DNA of 54,134 nucleotides from Intoshia linei. Its lineage: Eukaryota; Animalia; Orthonectida. The notes beneath the pieces are model-generated. The model saw only the letters and a list, made by a program, of their open reading frames with translations. It searched no databases and had not been told where the DNA came from. The stretch spans positions 1-54,134 of the forward strand of contig LWCA01000108.1 in assembly GCA_001642005.1 (NCBI GenBank), in the 5' to 3' direction. Position numbers and translations under genes: made by a program. Below are positions 12,701 to 25,300 of the stretch, piece by piece. Position 1 is the first letter of the stretch, and every line of letters begins with the position of its first letter.

Positions 12701-13869
12701 TAGATTTTCATCATAATATTTCATTAGTTATAAAATGGAATCAAAAATTTTACATAAATGCGCCAACAAATCAATTGAATTCATAAAAATTATTGGCCAG
12801 CAGGCACATTCTTCAATAGATTTACAGCAAATTACATCTATGGGACCATTTTTATACTGTTCAATTAATGAAGTGTACCAAATTCAGTTATTTTACTCAT
12901 TAATAAATAGGGTTCATTAGCAAAATCGTTTGTACTGCAATCTGGCGCTTTGCTATATTTGTCGAGATATATTCAATTAAATTATATTAGGGTAAGTTTA
13001 ATGATTTGTTAATACTTTTAAAATAGACAAAAATGAAAAAATATGGAAAATATCCTTTTGTGTTATCAGTAAACGACGCTGATCATATACTCATTGCCGG
13101 TTTACCTCCACTTTCGTCCTCTAATATGAGAAACAAGTATTTTTTAAATGATATATGATTCAAAATTAGCTTATTCGCCAAAGCCTTTGAACAAGCAGCG
13201 ATAAACAGTGAAGTTGCGATCGATTGTACTTTTTTTAATAAGAATGGTATTTTAAAATTTGAACAAAATTAGTGATTCTCAAAATTGAATTTTCATCAGA
13301 ATCTTATCAATTTAACTACAAAGCTACTAATATAAGAAAAGTTTTTCCGAATGTCAGATTTGTAAAATTATTCGGTTATCCCAAAAGTTAGGTTGTCTTT
13401 AAATTACTTGAAAAGGTGTCCAAACTGAACAATTTGATTCCATTGACCCCTCTAAAACTTTTTTCATTACCTAAATCCGTAAAATCAATTAAGTTTACAA
13501 AATAAAGAAGCAATCACAAATTTTTCGCTGAATCAACTTAGATTCGATTTTGGTAATAGAAAAGTTGTAAAATCTAATTTTCCAGGTGTCTATTTTTTTT
13601 GGTGTCAAAGTTCACATGTACAACGTTGAGAATGACTGGACTAAGACCAATTTAAAAGTTAATATGATCGAATTTAATATCCAATTTTTATTTAGAATGT
13701 TGATAAATCCTACTGGTTTTTATGGAGTCATCTTGTTTATTTTTTTCATCAGATAATTTTTTAATTTTTGAGAATCATTAATTTGGAAAATAATTAATAT
13801 TTAGTTATCCGAATAAAACAAGAAGATAAACTTGCTTTTTTCGATTCAGTTATAGACCTTTTATCGTAA
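9709..13869 (+). CDS. CDC45: Cell division control protein 45 (CMG helicase component), multi-exon
   Basis: Spliced translation MFLTNFEEEFYKTIKLK/RLLIILTNNVDSICAFNILEYLL...LLINCGITMDIVEYLNP..IFICDSNAPFDLNNVYNQVQ...SAIIMYEMAWKLS...LKLYLYKQWNLYDSI...LFAKAFEQAA...IRIKQEDKLAFFDSVIDLLS* follows animal CDC45 from start to end. Confidence 0.95.
10208..10447. mobile_element. hAT-type MITE in a CDC45 intron
   Basis: Termini CAGTGGTT...AACCACTA; imperfect 8-bp TSD CATTAAAC/AATTAGAC. Its right end is also present, inverted, at 26001-26097. Confidence 0.65.
10537..10776. mobile_element. hAT (Charlie-like) MITE, 240 bp, in a CDC45 intron
   Basis: TIRs CAGTGCTTTACAACC / GGTTGGAAAGCACTG; 8-bp TSD ATCTAATC/CTCTAATC; repeated internal GGCGACAC motifs. 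Confidence 0.85.
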
Positions 13870-13928
13870 AATTTGTGATTTTAAATAATTGATAATACAT
13901 TTTAATTACAATTTGTAAACATTTAAAA

Positions 13929-14871
13929 TTATAAGGAATTTAAATATTCATATTTCCAACCAAGTTGATAACATATTTTATTTAAATTGCAGTATTCTTC
14001 CAAAACTTGATCTATTTTTTTTGCGTCAATTTCAGTGTGAAATTTCTAAAAATAATGTCCATATACAATTAGTTAATTAATTTTCGTTTACATTTATTTT
14101 TGTTTTAATTTCAGAAATTTGGGATTTGTACCAATTGATAAGTTGTTGAAATGGAGGAATGCTATTTTCCGAAAAAAAATCTAAATTTTACTTGATTTGC
14201 ATTACATTGATAGATGAAACCATTATCTTGAGATTTTGCAGTAACAGCCATTTCGACATGATTAAACTTGTTGTATTCATTGATTAATACCATTTTTTTA
14301 TTTTGCAAAATTTCATGTTGATTCAAATTTTGATTAGTCAATTTCATCACATTTTCGGTTAAATTTTTAATATTAGTTTTTAATGAACGCATCTAAGTAA
14401 TGTCAGATAAACATTGCAATGATGATATTACTATTACTCAATTACTTGTTGTCAACGTTCAATCAAATATTTCTTTAATAAATATGGTTATCTCAATTTT
14501 TCACAGGACGTATTTGCATTTTGGGCGGGATTCCCTCTAACTCTAGCTAATAATTAGTCTTTAATGAACTGACTTGAGTAAATGTATACACGATACATTA
14601 TTTAACATACTGTAAGTTTTTTTGTATAAAATTACCGATTCAAAAGTTTCTACAAAATCACGGATCATGGAAATATTTACATTATTTGACAACATTTTAT
14701 CAAGTTCCGAATCAGGAAAATCACAAAAATATTTGTTTACCATTAAATCTATTTTATTTTTATCATAAAGTTTGAATTTCATTCATATTTACCTATTTCA
14801 TTTCGAGAATGTTCTAGTACGGGATAACCTGGCGATAAATTCTCAATATCCGTATTAAAATTAAAATTCAT
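13929..14871 (-). CDS. VPS37: Probable ESCRT-I subunit, VPS37/Mod(r)-domain protein (5 exons seen; further 5' exons possible)
   Basis: Spliced MNFNFNTD...YFCDFPDSELDKMLSNN..MIRDFVETFES/MRSLKTNIKNLTENVMKLTNQNLNQHEILQNKKMVL...FQQLINWYKSQISEIKTKIN/KFHTEIDAKKIDQVLEEYCNLNKICYQLGWKYEYLNSL*. The helical pattern matches Mod_r (ELxxLL..FV..L, coiled coil, ID.FL..Y..L..LY). Divergent, so the family call is by pattern only. Confidence 0.6.
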
Positions 14872-15661
14872 TACTTTATTCTATTTATGAAACGTTTATT
14901 TAAATTTTCACTTACATGGTAATACATATTTCAAATTCCTAAGGAAAATACGATTGTACTTTATATTTGTATAAGTGCAAAAAATAATATTGGTAAAGTA
15001 GATAACAGGCGCAGTTCTTATTATATATTAATATATCCGTCACGGTTAGAATACTGACCACTCTATAACGCTTGAATTAATTTATCGGGAGTTTTAAAGG
15101 GCCTTAAGTATTTGGGTCGATTAATATAAATAGTAACTGACCCAATGTAAAATAAATTGCACATTAATATTCACATTGATGGGCTTAAACAAAAAAAAAA
15201 CATTTTACAAAAAATAGTTGTTTTTCAAAAATTCTTTACATATAGAAAATTGAATGTCTGTTACCGTAAAATAATAATAATTAATAATGAAAGTATGATC
15301 GCTAGAATTATAAACCCAATTTTGGAAAAACTAGAAAAAGAGTCGTATAATTAAAAAAAAGAAGACTAATCGAGTACTTTGCAGGTAGTATACGCGCCTT
15401 TATGGTTAAAAAACACCTTACGATCGATTTTTTAATTATGTCATTATTTTAAAAAATATTCACAAAACTTTAATTTGATCAAGCAGAATGGACTAAATGA
15501 TGTAATATTTTAGATAAAAACCTATTACGGTTTCATTAAAATGTGTTTTCATCTTAGACCTAGGAGTTAGTTAAAAAAACTTTTGTAGTTGGTTAAACTG
15601 GGTTTGTCCATAATTTCCAGTAAAAATGGATTATTTCTATAAATAGTTAGATAAAATGATA

Positions 15662-16841
15662 TTTCTAACTTATATAAAATGCTACGCGATTTTTGTTTGT
15701 GTGTGTGTACCACTTTATTAAAATAACTAACAGTCTTAGAATTTTATAAAGACTACATTTCAATTACAGTTTTTTTCCGAGGCGTATAATAAGATAAATT
15801 TTAACCTCCGAATTTCACATCTTACGGGTCAAAAACCCCAATTGTCCCTCTGTTTGAAAATCAAACGAGTTGGAGAATTAAAAAAAATATATACGCTGAT
15901 ACGTATTTTAAAATCAAACATTATCATAAATTTAAAAAAATTATATCTTCACGGTCAAAACCTCAAATTACCCTTCTTTTTTTTATGAAAACAGCCCTAT
16001 AATTTCAAAATATTTTATTAAAACAAAAAATGTGAAATAATTAACGGACCGAAAATTAAAAAAAGATTATTCTGATAGAGCTTATTCCAGTTGATATAAA
16101 TACAAAAATTCAACCCGAGAAATCTATGCATTTCCGATGAAAAATAAAAATTAAAATTGTAAATATTGATCCTACAATTTATAAAAAAATGTACAGTGAA
16201 CGTCTACACATTTCCAATAAAGAAATATGGGTGAAAATCTATATAATTCATTTCTTCGGAATTTTTTTCATTGCTATGCAATTTTTAAATTCTCATTTTC
16301 AAAAATTTTTGAATAAAATTTAAATTGAAACTAAACAACGAAACTAAAACAACTTTGTTAACATCATTTTTATATTTATTAATATCCTTTGCAAATTTGG
16401 TAAAATTCGATTAAAATATGTTTATAAAGTGAAGAATTGGTTAATTATAATTATTGATATATAATTGGTATTTTTAAGTATTTATTAAATTGGTACTGAA
16501 TATATATCATCACATTGTAAATGAAAAAATTGGTTTTTATAATTGTATTTTTTTGGAATTTATGCTATTTATGACAATTTTTTTAGGATTGGACTGTTTT
16601 TACTTTATTTTTAAATGCTAACAAACAAAAAATTAAGATGGAGTAATTCACTTTAAAGTAAAAAGTAATGTGATATGATGGTTCCACCTGACACAAATTT
16701 TGTAACCACTCCTTTAAATGATTAATAATAGTGAATTGTAGGATTATTAAATTAGATTTTCAACGTGAATTTATTTTTTAAATATAATAAAAATGTGGCC
16801 TCGGCAAAGTATTTCTACGTAGTACATAACAGACAACCTAG
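15662..16841 (+). mobile_element. Apparently full-length non-autonomous Helitron (~1.18 kb)
   Basis: 5' end A|TTTCTAACTTATATAAAATGC followed by a TG microsatellite (A|TC in the sister copies); 3' end CTAG|T at 16838-16842, preceded by the family hairpin. No TIR and no TSD. Its 3' half is shared with 43330-43862 and 49940-50296. Confidence 0.75.
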
Positions 16842-17254
16842 TTTATTTATTAATATATTGAGATTATTATCAGCATTGTCAACCTTTGTCACGCTTCGTA
16901 CCTAGACCCGAACCTACCGTGGTCCGTTACCAATCATGGGGCTCGAAAACAGTTCCGTAAAATTTAATTTTTCCAAATTGAGCATTAAATAAATTATATT
17001 TTTATATATGATATCTATTTTGTTGATTAAAGTTCAAATCAAGAGCATTTGATAGGTGGCTAAGGCCTACTTAGCTGTACTACGCATCTTTAGCGAAAAA
17101 GTTTTTTAGTGGTTATTTTTCATTTTTTGGTGGTCTCGAACTTTAAAGGTTGGATCTTTTAATATCATGCCAATTTCTTGTAATATTTTCTTATATTAAT
17201 TATTATAATTATTAATTATATTCTAATATTTTGTATATTAAAAATTATTTTTCA

Positions 17255-17771
17255 CCGGGAATGCGTAGATTTTTGGGTTGAAATTTTGTATTTATTTTTG
17301 TATATAACTGGAATAAGTTCTATCAGAATAATCTTTTTTATTTTTTATTTTCAGATCATTAATTATATCACATTTTTTGTTTATTACATTTCATAAAATA
17401 TTTTGGAAAAAAATATATGAATGCTGAAATGCTTTTTTGACCGTGAAGGCGTCACTTATTCAGATTAAAAATTTTTGTGTGTATTAACAGGATATAATTG
17501 TACCACCTGTAAATTTTTTAAATTATAGGGCTGTTTTCATTAAAAAAAAAGGGTAATTTGTAGTTTTCGTCCTGAAGGTATATATTTGTTTAAATTTTCA
17601 AACTCGTTTGATTTATAAAAAAAGGACAATTGGGTTTTTTGACCAGTAATATGTGAGTTTGGGAGGTTGAAATTTATTTTGCTAACACTTCAGAAAGAAC
17701 TGTAATTGAAATGTGGACTTTTTAAAATTTTAAGACTGGTAGTTATTAAAATAAACGATAACACACACACA
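17255..17771 (-). mobile_element. Inverted 5' half of the Helitron-like family
   Basis: Reverse complement of roughly 15700-16140 (e.g. GGGAGGTTGAAATTTAT, CTGTAATTGAAATGTGG, ACACACACAC). Confidence 0.75.
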
Positions 17772-19367
17772 TTTTGATTTTTACTATTCGCTTCATCTGT
17801 ACAATATATCTTAAGTTACATTCTGTATTTACAATTTTGCATTGTTCCTTCACTTACATTGTCTCATGCACCACCAATATTGTCATTTTTTAAGAGAATC
17901 TAATACATTTTCCTTAATTTCATTAAGGGAAAAATGTTCACTATTCGATATAGAAATTAAGTTAATTTATTAAAAATTATAAGATATTATTATAACTTAT
18001 AAGATAGAATTCCCATATTTACTATTATAGAAACGCTAAAAAAAATTTGATTATAAGAAGAGTTCATTATAGAGGAGTAAGATTATATTTTTATTTATTT
18101 CTTAGAAAATCGGAATCGTCGCATCATTAGTTATGATAATAAGAAAAAGGTGTAATATTGTCATTAAAGTTTAGATAAATCATTCAGGCAAGGTAGCAAA
18201 ATGAGAAATGTGATAAGGGTCATGAAAATATGATAAATGAGAAAAATATTCCACAGAGTAGTATGAACAATATAAAATGTCTGTAAGTATACATGTATAA
18301 TCTGACAATTCAGTGTGAAATTGATTATATGACCAATTTAATAATACATTTTAATAAAAAAATGCTTTAATTTTTTTTCTTTAATTATCAATTTACAGGC
18401 TGATTTAAAATTATGATAGACTTTATATTCTAAATTAATGTAAAATAATTGAATTGTGATGTAAGCACAAAATATATTTATATCATCTTAGAATAGGTAT
18501 GGGAGACCTGATTCTATATTTCCAATTTTTTAAACAATTTTTGTAAATTTAAAATTTATTTTGACATTATTTGGTGAATCTCAGTAAACATCCAAGTCCC
18601 CAAATCCTGGTTACCTAGATAATCCTGGTTATAATCCTAGTTACTATTAATAATTAAGTTATATTATCAGTAAATGATTTGGTTTGTTCAGGCGTAAATT
18701 ATGCAACTATTCACTGCGAATAAAAAAATAAAATTAATTTAATATAACTCTAAACAATTGAATCACCTGTTGAAACAATAATGTTTTCTATTAATAGAAA
18801 TATATAAAACTAAAAATAATGTATTAATAAGTTAATAAATATTTAGAGGTTATATCGATAATACATACTATAAAGGGAATATTAAAAATTGGTTCAATAA
18901 ATAAAATTAATCAAGGTCTATTTATGTAATTTTTAAGCATACGACTAATCATTTCATTTTAGTTAAATTGTAAATTACTTTTGGTGACTAGTTAATATTA
19001 AATGTATTATGTCATAGATCGTTGACTTTGTTAAATCAAAGTATTTTTATTAATATGCTTTATTTTTATAATTTCTTTATTTCAATCTTGTCCTACTGTT
19101 TCTATTATGTTTTTTTAAACTGTTGCATTTTGCAAATCAATATATTTTCATTTTTCTCAAAACTGGAAAAATGTTTGGTGAATTTTTATTTCGATTTGAT
19201 ATAAATCTTGCCACTTGGATTTACATGAGTATATCCTGGCTTGCAAGTTTTATATTTGGTCGTTGATGATATTAATTAACGAATATTCTAATATGCATTT
19301 TTATTGAATTTTTTATTAGCAAATACAATAGAAAAGTCACATTTTACACTCAACATTTACATTCAAA

Positions 19368-22300
19368 TTAATTTCTCTTCATTTGTGTTCTGAATTTATT
19401 TCTTGGGTTTTCTCGATACTCTATAAAAATTAAAAATTAATTTCAAATAGTTTTATAATTTTTAGAATAGTATTATATGGATGTATCATAATTTCTAACG
19501 TATAGGGTTTCAACTACTCTCAGTATGTTTTTAAGCAATTGCGTCATGTATATGTGGCATTCCTAGTAATATATATATTTACATGACGCAATTGTTTGCA
19601 AGTTGCAACCATACTGAAACTGGACCAAGAAAATATATATTTCTTTTTCACTTTAAAAAATACCGAGCATATTTATTCGTTGTTGTAAATCGCCTAGTCT
19701 GATATCTTTTAGGTGTGATAAATGTTCTAAACGTCGTATTTTTGCTTGTAAAATCTATCATATACATTTTAAAATTTAAACAAATGTTTAAATTGTTACT
19801 TGAATTGTTTCTTCTTTTGCCAATAAATCTTGTTCTTTTTCTTCTATGTATAATTTTGCGTCAATTGGTAAATTATTTAATGCGTTTATATGAACATTCA
19901 TACCAGAATGTTTTGTTGAAATAATTTTTGGTTTCATTCGTTTATCCAAGTCTCTAAATTAACTTTACACTTTAATTATTGTATGTATCAGAGGTCAATA
20001 AATTTTTCTTAATTATTTACGAGGTTTGGTAGAATTTGGTAATTTGTGAGCGTTCTGCTAATGCTTCTGAATAATTTCACTGATATTGTAATTGAAATGT
20101 TTGATTGAATAATAAAACTGGGGTTCAGATATAAAATTAAATCTTATCTTAGAAAAATGACCCAATAGACTAAATTCAATTTATTTTTGCATTAATTGTA
20201 ATTAATATGATCCGATTTCATGTAATCATTTATAAAAAAATACTGACTGTACTTGACAAATTTTGAAAGCAGATTATAATATTTGAAGAAATTTCTATTT
20301 TGTCATTATTCTAATTAAAAATTTACTAAGTTCAATTTATTGGTATTATTCTGTCAAATCATTTATTAATATAGATTACAAATTGAAAGCCAATTTTAGT
20401 TTTAATATACCAACCGAAACTAAAATTAAAATATATTTAGTCAATCAAAATCAAAAATTGTTTATCATGATGTAATGTTTATTGTTCAAAATCTTATAAT
20501 GTAAAAAATTAATGGCATTACAGAATACCCAAAACATCATTAATTATTTTAAATTTCATAGCTTAATATATAAAATGTATATTTTACATATAATATAAAT
20601 AAGGTGTATATTTAATATGTTATATACAATATTTAAAAAGATATTGAATTAATTTTCAGTCAGTCAAAATGTCTTGTATTAATAAATGTATTATTAAGAT
20701 AATTTATAATAGAAAAACTTTTAATATGAATAACATGTAGAGTAATAAAATAGTTAATTACAAAGTGGAACATTTTGGTACTTTAAAAAATATTGATATG
20801 CTAACTTTTATTCAGAAACTGAATGGAAAGCTTAGAAAATCGTTGTAGTTATATAAATAGTTGGATTATTATATTACTAAAAAAGCTTTAATTTTAAATT
20901 TATATTATTTCATACAAGAAAAAAATGTATTATTATATTTTATATAGAATATCTGTTTAAATTATAGTTTAGATCAGTGGCTCTTAAACTTAAAATACAC
21001 AGACCCCGTATAAATAAACATGTTACTAGGACCCCTTTAAAAAATTTATAAATCACTTATAGATTGAAGGTTTACTAATGGTATAAAACGATAATTAAAC
21101 TGTTACCCAACATGTTGGTAATAAAGAGATACTATTTATTGCAACACAATTTAGTTTTTAATGAGCTTCATCCATTCGAATTAAAAATTAAGAAAATTTG
21201 ATAGTTTAAAAATAAGAAATCCTATTTATTTTTAAATTTGGAGTCCTCATCAGAGTTGCCAGATTTTATTTATTTAAAATCGATCATTTTGAAATTTTTG
21301 TTTTTGATGTGTATAGTGTACAGTAAGGTGTCTCATGGGTATTTAGAAAAAATATTCGTAGGACTTAAAAAGTATAGTATTACTAAAATAATAACTATTT
21401 TAAAATATTTTCGGCCAACTCCTAACGGTGAAGTTAGCCTGACCATTTAAAATTTTATATATACCGACTTTATAATATTGTTCTCCATGTTTAGTTATAC
21501 AGTTTAATTTTTTAAATTTGTTTCTAGCTCAATTTTTTTGGATTTTATTTTTTGTTTGAATACAATTAAAATAATGTAAATAGTCAGAATTCGAGAAATT
21601 AAATGGTTAATAAAATCAAAAAATTGAGCTAGAAACAAATTTTAAAAAATAAACAGTATAACTAAACAAGGAGAACAATATTATCAAATCGGTACCACGT
21701 TTAAAAGCTCAAACGCCAATTTCCGTTAAAATAAAGTTCAGTTTTNATACTATATATTAAAAAATTAAAACTGAACTTTATTTTAACGGAAATTGGCGTT
21801 TGAATCAAATTTAAATAATGTTAATAGCCAGAATTCGAGAAATTAAATTGTTAATAAAATCCAAAAAAATTGAGCTAGAAACAAATTTTAACAAATAAAC
21901 TGTATAACTAAACATGGAGAACAATATTATGAAGTCGGTACTACGTTTAAAAGCTCAAACGCCAATTTCCGTTAAAATAAAGTTCAGTTTTAATTTCTTA
22001 ATATATAGTATATATATAGAAAACTTTAAATGGTCAGGCTATCTTCAACATTCGTTGAAATGCATTAATATTTTAGAAATATCATTTTTTTTGAAACACA
22101 TTAGTGTACACTGTAAAATGTATAGTTGGCTGACTTGAATATTTCTAAATATTACTCTGTTAATTAAGAGGGACGGGTCAATTTACCTCTTTTATAATTA
22201 TTTTTGTTTATTTATTCATTTAATATTTTAAAAAATATATATTTATGAAATGGCGGCCAGTTAACGTTATTTATATACTTGTTTATTTAAATTAGTCATA

Positions 22301-25300
22301 TTGAATTATTTTTAAACGTCATTTTGTTTGTGACGTTACATGTAAATTGTATTCTGAACAGATCCATAAATTAAGATACGGATATATTATTAGACGTATC
22401 TTATTTTTGGTAACGAGGCATCATCGTACCTTTTTTATTTGTGCATTAAATGTTTTAATTATCAAATTTAATCATTGTATATATTAAATAAATTCTTATA
22501 TATTTTTATTTGAAACGTTTATATAATTTTTATAACATGTAGTAAAATCGTTTAATTTACAACTAATATAAATGTTAATTTATAACAGAATACAATGATT
22601 AAATTTATAAATTTTATTACAATCTATAAAATTTATTTCGGTTATTAGATTGTAAATGTAAAATTACTGCAATCGAGTATTTACTAAATACCGTTAATTT
22701 TAAATAGCTATAAACAAATTTAAAACTATTTTTAGCAACTCTATATAGTATATATATATAGAATGTATATATAATTGATATAATGTATTAATGTTGAATT
22801 TGATTTTATTAATCCAATCATTTAATTAATCATTAAATAGAAAAAACACATCTGCATATACATGTAGTTATTAAATAGTTTATTATAAGTATGTGGGTAT
22901 TTTATGTATAAAAATTTATAAATGTTAAAAATAAACCGGTAAAATCAATAAAACAAATGTTTGAAATTTTTATTGAATAATTTCAGTCAAATTTATATAA
23001 TTTGATATTTTAATTGGTTAAATTAACAAAAACAGTTGTATGAAAATGAAATTAAAACATCAAATTCGGTATTATAGAAAAATGATAGATTAATAAATTA
23101 AGGGTTCAGAGGCTCATTATCTTTTAAAGTGTTTTCCTCTGTAACTACGTATTTTCAAAATATACCCTCCCCTGAATACCCTAGAACCACTTCAAAAGCT
23201 TAATATTATTATTTGAAAAATTTAGAGGTTATGGATTCGCATCTTATGGCTCGTGAAGTCTGTTTTATTAATTCTACTAAAACCATCCAGGTACATTGTT
23301 AATTTTTATCAAACCTTCTCAATGGAACCAGTATACAGTAACGGATCTAGATGGGTGCAGGGCGGTAGTCCCCTGGCGTGACAAATGTGCCCTAAAATAT
23401 TTTAATTTTTGCATTAATTTAATTTAATTTAATTTAATTTAAGTTAAATTATCGGACTTAAATTTGTTCATAATCGAAAGATAACTTTCCGAAGATGTCG
23501 ATTTTACTGCAGTTGAACAACTCAACAGTTGAATGTTCAACATTGAAACATTTAGTAGAATGAAAACTAGAAAAAAATATAAATTATTATTATAGACAGG
23601 AATATTTAATAAACATAATATAAAAATTCCAATTTAAATACATTATATGCGTTTGGCCCGTAATAATTATTTCGCCCACCCTGCTGAAATTTCTAGATCC
23701 GCCACTGCCTGTATGACCGCTTATGGTTATATTACTTTTTTTAGTAGCGACAGGTATAAAATTATGAATTGAATAAGTCTAATATATGGAAAGTCTAAAC
23801 ACACATATAGACATTAATTGTTAGTTACACATTATTATTATACTACATATTTTAGACATATACGTAGACATATACGTAGAAATTTATCACATATTAACGA
23901 CATACTAGCTTAATTTATTTCGAAAAAGAGAATTGCTACATAATTTCGTACATTTTAAAATACAATCTTAGTCCTCTTGAATTTTTCTAAAAATCTCTGA
24001 ATTATCAAAAATCTCTGAACTCTGAACTGTATAAATTGTAATAATAATTATTATTCGATCTGTATTACGATTAATATTATAATATTTGTGATAATAAATT
24101 AAGTGTGGCAATTTAAAAATTAGTTTCAGTCATTAATACAAAGAACCAATATTTTTGTCTTAAACTGGTCAATTAATTCTCTATATAGTCCTAAAAGTTG
24201 TATCTCTTGATATATGTATATATGTGAATACTTGAGTATTTTTCATTTCCATTGAATATTTTTCCGGTTTGAAAAAATAAAATAAATAAATTGACCATAG
24301 ATGAGATAGTTATAATTATATTATAAAAATGAATAAAACATGGATTTTATTTTTATATATATGAATGTCAAGTTTTATAATGTACAATTTATACACTTTA
24401 TAAAGAACCAAGAATTTTTATTGGTTTATGTATAACTAATTATACTAATTGTACCAATTTTATTTATAAATTTATTTATATTATATTTTTTATTAACTTT
24501 TATTAACTTTTGATAACAATTTAGCCTTTTTCTACATCCATGTTTATTTCGTACGAATTTTGTTTTATTAGATACATACAATGTATAGATATAAAAAGCT
24601 GTAAAGTTAAATTAACATCAGTATTTTATAAATTATAAATTATAATTCACAAAACCAGAAGAATCAATATTTCCAAGATATATATAACAAATTAGAAAGC
24701 CAACAAAGTGAAATTATATAAGTAATACACCATGATAAACTTTTTGATTTAAATATCGACACGACATCCATGATAATTATAATTTAAAATAATTTTGAGA
24801 TTATTATACATTGTACGTGTAAAAAATGTACATTGTACAATGTACGTTATCTTATATGAAGTAATATTATCACAATACCCAGAAACAAGCTTAATGAATT
24901 TTATTATCAAAATGCTGTCTAAATCAGCTGTAGCCAAATGTCGTAAAACCTATTATATCCTAACTTATATAATATGCTACGCTATTTTTGTTTGTGTGTG
25001 TGTTCCACTTTATTAAAATAACTACCAGTCTTAGAATTTTATAAAGTCCACATTTCAATTACAGTTTTTTCCGGGACGTATAATAAGATAAATTTCAACC
25101 TCCCAAACTCACATCTTACGGGTCAAAAACCCCAATTATCCCTCTTTTTGAAAATCAAACGAGTTTGAGAATTTAAAAAAATATATACGCTGATACGGAT
25201 TTTAAAATCATAAACATTATCATAAATTTAAATTTAAAAAAATTATATCTTNTAATATATAGTATATATATAGAAAACTTTAAATGGTCAGGCTATCTTT

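Noticed and set aside
14440-14545. Possible extra exon (LELEGIPPKMQIRPVKN, superficially PMF1-like)
   Set aside because: All three frames contain stops, and skipping it gives a continuous Mod(r)-like protein.
18602-18643. Three copies of AATCCTGGTTA
   Set aside because: A short local tandem duplication with no further support for function.
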